A stretch of DNA of 59,311 nucleotides, from NCBI GenBank assembly GCA_031402515.1, contig JANNSK010000114.1:1-59311 (forward strand). Reading direction: 5' to 3'. Numbering within the stretch: the stretch's first letter is position 1; the number at the start of each line of letters is the position of its first letter. Shown here in pieces: positions 54,796 to 59,311 of the stretch. The notes under the pieces were generated by a model that was not told the origin of the DNA, searched no databases, and saw only the letters and a list, made by a program, of their open reading frames with translations. The position numbers were made by a program, and so were the translations under genes. This DNA comes from Alphaproteobacteria bacterium. GTDB taxonomy: Bacteria > Pseudomonadota > Alphaproteobacteria > Rickettsiales > UBA3002.

Positions 54796-55395
54796 ATGGG
54801 ATTTGTCGAGGACAGATTTCCTTCCGATATCAGCTATGGATCATCAGGCGGGCCTGAATATGCGACGGATGTTGTGATCAGCGGCAGCGGCCACGAGCAG
54901 CGCAACATCAACTGGAGTCAGGCGCGGGCACGGTACAATGTTGCGCATGGGGTGAAAACGAAAGCGCAGCTTGATGCGCTCATCGCGTTTTTCCGTGCGC
55001 GCAAAGGCCGCGCCTACGGATTTCGCTTCAAGGACTGGACGGATTTCAGAGCGACTGACGCGGTCATTGGCACGGGTAACGGCAGCGCCACGCAATTTCA
55101 GCTGGTGAAAAAATATACGAGCGGCGGGGTAGATGAATCGCGCATGATTACCAAACCAGTGGTCGGTACGGTGAAGATTTACAAGGACGCCGTGCTGCAA
55201 TCGAGCGGGGTGAGTGTATCGACCACAACCGGTGTGGTGACATTGGGCGTAGGGCCCGCCAATGGCGTCGTCATCACCGCCGATTTCGAGTTCGATGTGC
55301 CGGTCCGCTTCGATACCGACCGTTTATCGGCAACGCTTGACGCGTATGGCGTCCATTCGTGGCAGGATATCCCACTGATTGAGGTGCGTATATAA
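54796..55395 (+). CDS. DUF2460/TIGR02217-type GTA protein (RcGTA g12-like)
   Basis: In-frame ATG at 54796. MGFVEDRFPSDISYGSSGGPEY....V...SG.EQRN..WS.AR..Y......K....L..L..FF.AR.GR..GFRFKDW.D is characteristic. Confidence 0.85.
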   Translation: MGFVEDRFPSDISYGSSGGPEYATDVVISGSGHEQRNINWSQARARYNVAHGVKTKAQLDALIAFFRARKGRAYGFRFKDWTDFRATDAVIGTGNGSATQFQLVKKYTSGGVDESRMITKPVVGTVKIYKDAVLQSSGVSVSTTTGVVTLGVGPANGVVITADFEFDVPVRFDTDRLSATLDAYGVHSWQDIPLIEVRI

Positions 55396-55412
55396 GTGCT
55401 AGTCGCTAGAAA

Positions 55413-55551
55413 GCCCTCTCCCAAAATTCGCTAAGAGGCGAATTTTGACCTCTCCCGGTGGGAGAGGTGGCCGTGAGGCGAGGCCCTAGCCTCTTGCTTA
55501 CCTCTCCCATCGGGAGAGGTCAAAATCCGTCTTCGGATTTTGGGTGAGGGC
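55413..55551. repeat. Repeat family A, copy A5 (degenerate left arm)
   Basis: Inner hairpins ACCTCTCCCGGTGGGAGAGGT and ACCTCTCCCATCGGGAGAGGT. The right arm GGGTGAGGGC is intact. Confidence 0.8.
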
Positions 55552-55607
55552 AACCTGACGGGATTTACGAACAATGCTCACTGTCGGGCAAGAAAATCGG
55601 AGTTTCC

Positions 55608-56459
55608 ATGCAGTCTATATCTGAATCACTGGCAACGCACCTCAATCAAGAAGTGACGACACTGGCGACATGCTGGAAAATCATGCGTGCGGATGGTGTG
55701 GCCTATTATTATACCGATCATGATCGCGACCTGGTGATTGAGGGTGACAGCTATAAAGCGGCGAGTTTGATGAGCCCGTCGGCGGTGACGTCGCAGCTTA
55801 ATCTGGCGACGGATAATCTGGAGCTTGAAGGGATGCTGACGGATGATGGCTTGGGCGAGGATGATATTCTTAGCGGCAAATTCGATCACGCCAGGATCAC
55901 GATTTTCATCGTCAATTATGCGGATATTGTTGCCGGGAAACTCGCACTCAAGCATGGGTTGCTTGGCGAAGTGAGTTTAAAGAACGGCATGTTCGTCGCC
56001 GAGATTAGGGGGCTTTCCTCGGTGCTGCAACAAACCATCGGTGAAGTATATACGCCGAGCTGCCGCGCCAAATTGGGTGATGGGCGTTGCGGCGTGGGTC
56101 TCGCATCTTTTACCGTGAGCGGCACCATTACGGCGGTGGAAGGTGCCCATGCGTTTAGCGATTCAGCGCGCATGGAGGATCATCATTACTTTGCCTATGG
56201 GATTATTTCCTTCACCAGCGGTGACAATACGGGGTTGAGCATGGAGATCCGTGAGTTTTTCTCCAGCCGATTTAGTCTGTTCCTACCCATGCCGCATGCG
56301 GTGCAAGTGGGTGATGCCTATACGGCAGTTGCTGGATGCGACAAGCGTTTTGACACATGTATCGCGCGGTTTTCCAATGCGATAAATTTCCGTGGCGAAC
56401 CGCACGTTCCCGGCACGGATAAGATGATGCAGACGGCGGCAACGCGCACGGACTTCTAA
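55608..56459 (+). CDS. DUF2163 plus BR0599-type GTA protein (RcGTA g13-like)
   Basis: 283 aa. TLATCWKIMRADGVAYYYTDHDRDLVIEGDSYKA and the C-terminal GCDKRFDTCIARFSNAINFRGEPHVPG are signature-like. Confidence 0.85.
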   Translation: MQSISESLATHLNQEVTTLATCWKIMRADGVAYYYTDHDRDLVIEGDSYKAASLMSPSAVTSQLNLATDNLELEGMLTDDGLGEDDILSGKFDHARITIFIVNYADIVAGKLALKHGLLGEVSLKNGMFVAEIRGLSSVLQQTIGEVYTPSCRAKLGDGRCGVGLASFTVSGTITAVEGAHAFSDSARMEDHHYFAYGIISFTSGDNTGLSMEIREFFSSRFSLFLPMPHAVQVGDAYTAVAGCDKRFDTCIARFSNAINFRGEPHVPGTDKMMQTAATRTDF

Positions 56460-56683
56460 CTCCCCCCCCTCAGGGGGAGCTAATAGAGGCTTGCTAGTCA
56501 CCAACGACTGAAGCATGATGTGGGCATGCACTGGTTGTTTACCATTTTCCAAGGATTGTCGTCGGGCTTGCGTGTTCATGAAAGCCCACTCTATCGCTAT
56601 CCTTACCGTGAGGCGTCGGAAGCCTTCCGTGGCGACACTAAACGCATCGCCTCCGATATTGAAGCCTGCATGGAGCGTTATCG

Positions 56684-57103
56684 ATGAGCGGTTTTGATAA
56701 CAAGCAACGTAAACGCAGCCCTGAGGGGTTGCCCTCGCCAGAGGTATTGGAGGCGTATGATGCGGTGCTTGCCGGTTCGGCGACGCGGATTATCGATATG
56801 TTCGAACGCGAGCAGGCGCATCGCCATACGTGGGAACATCGCGCCTTGCGTATTCATCAGGTTTCGACGGTGCTCGGACAGTTTCTGGGATTCATGATCG
56901 CGGTGGCGATTTTTGTGTCGGCTACCATTATCGGTATGTCAGGCAATGCGAGCGTTGCCGCTTTCATCTGGGTGTTCGGTATGGCGATTGTCACCATGGC
57001 GGCGGTCATCTGGTGGTATGCAAAAAGTCTTGGCCAGCGGCCGTTATTCGCCCGGCCTGCGATGCGTAGTTCGTTCCGGCCGGAAAAAGAATCCAACGAA
57101 TAG
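56684..57103 (+). CDS. DUF2335-like membrane protein inserted between g13 and g14
   Basis: 139 aa. LPSPEVLEAYDAVLAGSATRIIDMFEREQAHRHTWEH followed by two transmembrane helices matches my memory of DUF2335. Confidence 0.6.
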   Translation: MSGFDNKQRKRSPEGLPSPEVLEAYDAVLAGSATRIIDMFEREQAHRHTWEHRALRIHQVSTVLGQFLGFMIAVAIFVSATIIGMSGNASVAAFIWVFGMAIVTMAAVIWWYAKSLGQRPLFARPAMRSSFRPEKESNE

Positions 57104-57127
57104 CGCGAGCAACTAGCACTGGTTTCT

Positions 57128-57574
57128 ATGACAACTCCGCACGACATCGTCGCGATTGCGCGCGGGCTGGTTGGCGTGCGGTTCGCGCATCAGGGACGCT
57201 GTCCTGACCAAGGGCTTGATTGTTTGGGATTCCTGTTGGCAGTGGCGCGCCAAGCGAAATTGATGCTGCGCGGGGTGTATCCGGAAACCTATGACCGTCG
57301 CGACTATGGCGCGCGGCCGGATACGGAATTTCTAGAGTGCCGGTTGAAGACATTGCTGACGCCAGTGACGCATATGGGCGTTGCCGATATTTTATTGCTG
57401 CGGGTGGATGGCCGCGCGCAGCATCTGGCCATGGTCAGCGACTATCCGGAGCCTGACGCATGGGGCATCATTCATGCCTACGCGCCCGCGCGAAAAGTGG
57501 TTGAACATCGGCTGGATAGGTGGTGGCAGTCGGCGATTGCCGGAATTTACCGATTGCCTTGTGTATTAGAATGA
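57128..57574 (+). CDS. NlpC/P60-family phage cell-wall peptidase (RcGTA g14-like)
   Basis: 148 aa. IARGLVGVRFAHQGRCPDQGLDCLGFLL (catalytic Cys context) and a later HLAMV..., as in the TIGR02219-type family. Confidence 0.85.
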   Translation: MTTPHDIVAIARGLVGVRFAHQGRCPDQGLDCLGFLLAVARQAKLMLRGVYPETYDRRDYGARPDTEFLECRLKTLLTPVTHMGVADILLLRVDGRAQHLAMVSDYPEPDAWGIIHAYAPARKVVEHRLDRWWQSAIAGIYRLPCVLE

Positions 57575-57865
57575 GAATGACAGGCGCGGACCGACGAACC
57601 AGTTATGTTTTGAGGTGCGGGACACGGTCATGCGCGACGATACGTTGTTATGCTCGGCAATCGGTGCGCCGAGTTCGTAGCCGTTTTCCATGCGGGTGAG
57701 TTTTACCCGGTAGGGATCTTTGGCTTCGTCGTAATCGAAAGAGAAGAACATGACCGTTTCGCCTTCACGCGCATGCGTTTTGATGCGGGAATAATCCATG
57801 GTATTATTACTACCGCAAGCGGTGAGCATCACCAGTACGCAGCTCAGTGTAAGGGCTCTTACCAT
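57566..57865 (-). CDS. Small lipoprotein (99 aa) inserted antisense between g14 and g15
   Basis: In-frame ATG at 57865 gives MVRALTLSCVLVMLTAC (lipobox). It has its own tandem-hexamer box and GCTATACT upstream. It overlaps the g14 3' end by 9 nt. Confidence 0.6.
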   Translation of the reverse strand: MVRALTLSCVLVMLTACGSNNTMDYSRIKTHAREGETVMFFSFDYDEAKDPYRVKLTRMENGYELGAPIAEHNNVSSRMTVSRTSKHNWFVGPRLSFSF

Positions 57866-57897
57866 AGGTGAAGTATAGCAGATTTTTGGGCAAATAA

Positions 57898-57914
57898 CGT
57901 TACGATTGTGTGAC
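57898..57914 (-). promoter_or_regulatory. Tandem-hexamer box GTCACAcaatcGTAACG (read on the minus strand)
   Basis: Followed 18 nt later by GCTATACT. About 33 nt upstream of the start at 57865. Confidence 0.55.
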
Positions 57915-57979
57915 ATTTCCCGCACTGCAACCGGCACCCATTGTGCCATCATGCAACGCAATAAACAGGAGCAGTCCGG

Positions 57980-59311
57980 ATGGCATCTATCGTTCTGACC
58001 ACGATTGGTCGTGCCGTAGGGACCGCCAGCGGTATCCCTTTCGGAGGGCAAATTGGCTCGATAATCGGAGGGCTTGCGGGGGCCGCACTCAGCGGCACAT
58101 CCAAGCGCCACTACGAGGGGGCACGGCTCGAGGAGCTGGCGGTGCAGACCTCGACCTACGGGCGGATGATACCCATCGTGTTCGGCTCGGTACGGATTGC
58201 CGGGAACGTCATCTGGTCGCAGCCGATCAAAGAGGTGGGAAAAACGACCAAAACCAGTAGCGGCGGCAAGGGCGGTGGAACGACTAAAAGCAGCAGTACG
58301 AGCACGGAATATCGTTATTTCGTGACGCTGGCGATTGCCATTTGCGAAGGCGAGATTAGCAAAATAAACCGTGTCTGGGCCGATGCCAAGCTACTCGATT
58401 TAAGCCAGGGCACGTATCGGATGTATAAGGGCAGCGAAACGCAGGTTCCCGACACGCTGATCGAGAGTTACGAAGGGGTGGGGGCGACCCCCGCCTATCG
58501 CGGCACGGCCTATATCGTGATCGAAGATTTCCCGCTCGCCGATTTTGGCAATCGCATTCCGAATTTCACCTTCGAGGTGACGCGTCAGTTATCGCAGACG
58601 GATGCGGATGCGCAGTCGGTCGAGGAAGCGGTGACGTCGGTGATGATGATTCCGGGTTCGGGCGAGTTCGTCTACGACACCGAAGCCCAGTATAAAGTCA
58701 ACGGGCAGACCGTCAGCGGCAATGTCACGCAGGGTGGCTACCGGGCCGCGCTCAACCAGCACAACGCCGATGGCAAGGCCAATACGCTGGTGGCGCTCGA
58801 CCAGTTGCAACTGACATTTCCCAATCTCGCATGGGTGGGGATTGCGGTGAACTGGTTCGGCACCACGATGGATATCGCGACGTGCGACATTTGGCCTTCG
58901 GTGGAGTATCAGGCGAATACGACAACGACGCCGGATGTGTGGGGTGTGGCGGGGTATAATACGCGGGCGACAGCGCACCAGATAGGCAACGATAGTGGAA
59001 AATTGCGTTACGGCGGCACACCGGATGACGGGAGTATTGTGCGCCTGCTCGACGAACTGCAGGACCGTGACCTTAAAGTGTTTTTCTATCCGCAGCTGCT
59101 GATGGATGTGGCGGGCAAACCGTGGCGCGGGCATCTCACCGGATCGCCTGCGAACGTGAGTAGCTTCTTCAGTAAAACGCACGGGTATAACGCATTCATC
59201 CTGCATTACGCGAATCTCGTCGCGGGCAAGGTGGATGCGTTTGCTATCGGCACCGAGTTGCGCGACCTCACCAAAATTACCAGTTCAACCGGCGTGTTTC
59301 CGGTGGTTTCG
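57980..59311 (+). CDS. GTA host-specificity / TIM-barrel-like tail protein (RcGTA g15-like), 5' partial, runs off the window
   Basis: Not in the ORF track because it has no stop. Hand translation from the ATG at 57980: MASIVLTTIGRAVGTASGIPFGGQIGSIIGGLAGAALSG...YGRMIPIVFGSVRIAGNVIWSQPI...EYRYFVTLAIAICEGEI...RVWADAKLLDL...YRGTAYIVIEDFPLADFGNRIPNFTFEV. Open for all 444 codons. Confidence 0.9.
   Translation, partial: MASIVLTTIGRAVGTASGIPFGGQIGSIIGGLAGAALSGTSKRHYEGARLEELAVQTSTYGRMIPIVFGSVRIAGNVIWSQPIKEVGKTTKTSSGGKGGGTTKSSSTSTEYRYFVTLAIAICEGEISKINRVWADAKLLDLSQGTYRMYKGSETQVPDTLIESYEGVGATPAYRGTAYIVIEDFPLADFGNRIPNFTFEVTRQLSQTDADAQSVEEAVTSVMMIPGSGEFVYDTEAQYKVNGQTVSGNVTQGGYRAALNQHNADGKANTLVALDQLQLTFPNLAWVGIAVNWFGTTMDIATCDIWPSVEYQANTTTTPDVWGVAGYNTRATAHQIGNDSGKLRYGGTPDDGSIVRLLDELQDRDLKVFFYPQLLMDVAGKPWRGHLTGSPANVSSFFSKTHGYNAFILHYANLVAGKVDAFAIGTELRDLTKITSSTGVFPVVS

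Noticed and set aside
4106-57914. Equating the tandem-hexamer box with a bona fide Pho box or a CtrA site.
   Set aside because: TGTCAC-type hexamers and 11-bp phasing resemble PhoB sites, but the TTCACA and TTAACA variants and the target gene set (no pst/pho genes) do not fit. CtrA sites are TTAA-N7-TTAA, with different geometry. Regulator identity cannot be decided from sequence alone.
38782-59311. An intact prophage rather than a GTA.
   Set aside because: No integrase, repressor/antirepressor pair adjacent to att sites, replication, lysis or tail-fibre genes were recognised. The gene set and order (g2-g8, g12-g15 with the DUF2460/DUF2163/NlpC-P60/host-specificity quartet) is the RcGTA signature.

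Overview
The window looks like a high-GC alphaproteobacterial chromosome segment. All calls come from reading the sequence and recognising motifs from memory; no searches were run.

**Core genes.** aroK-aroB, a CNNM/TlyC-type CBS protein, an APC amino-acid permease, tRNA-Thr(CGU), a GST, lepA, tRNA-Ala(GGC), msrB plus a thioredoxin-like gene, DedA, an OmpA-family protein and a RimK fusion.

**Gene transfer agent.** From about 38.8 kb to the window end lies an RcGTA-type gene transfer agent cluster. Terminase g2, portal g3, protease g4, capsid g5, g6, g7, g8, g12, g13, g14 and the 5' part of g15 are present in canonical order. The tail-tube, chaperone and tape-measure block (g9-g11) is missing. 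A 6.7-kb block of six unrelated genes sits in its place, and single extra genes sit in five further junctions of the cluster.

**Main lead: a shared promoter box.** Thirteen intergenic sites carry 2-3 direct hexamers (G/T)T(C/A)A(C/T)A, one helical turn apart (start-to-start 10-12 bp, mostly 11), every one oriented toward the downstream gene. Eleven of them also have a GCTATnnT or GGTAT-type -10-like element downstream.
- The boxes precede almost only orphan genes, several of which look AT-richer by eye and none of which has a Sec leader. Several have glycine-zipper or bilobed hydrophobic segments.
- Others include an RTX protein, a peptidoglycan-binding putative hydrolase, a YjjX-NTPase fusion and a four-gene Flp pilin array.
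- I interpret this as a dispersed response-regulator-type regulon of candidate secreted or membrane-targeted effectors that has also colonised the GTA cluster.

**Repeats.** The window is dense in nested palindromic repeat families (A-D, plus a tRNA-trailing element E). Unusual hairpins built from 7-nt word repeats begin within 0-6 nt of stop codons.

**Absent.** No rRNA, CRISPR array, transposase or integrase was recognised.
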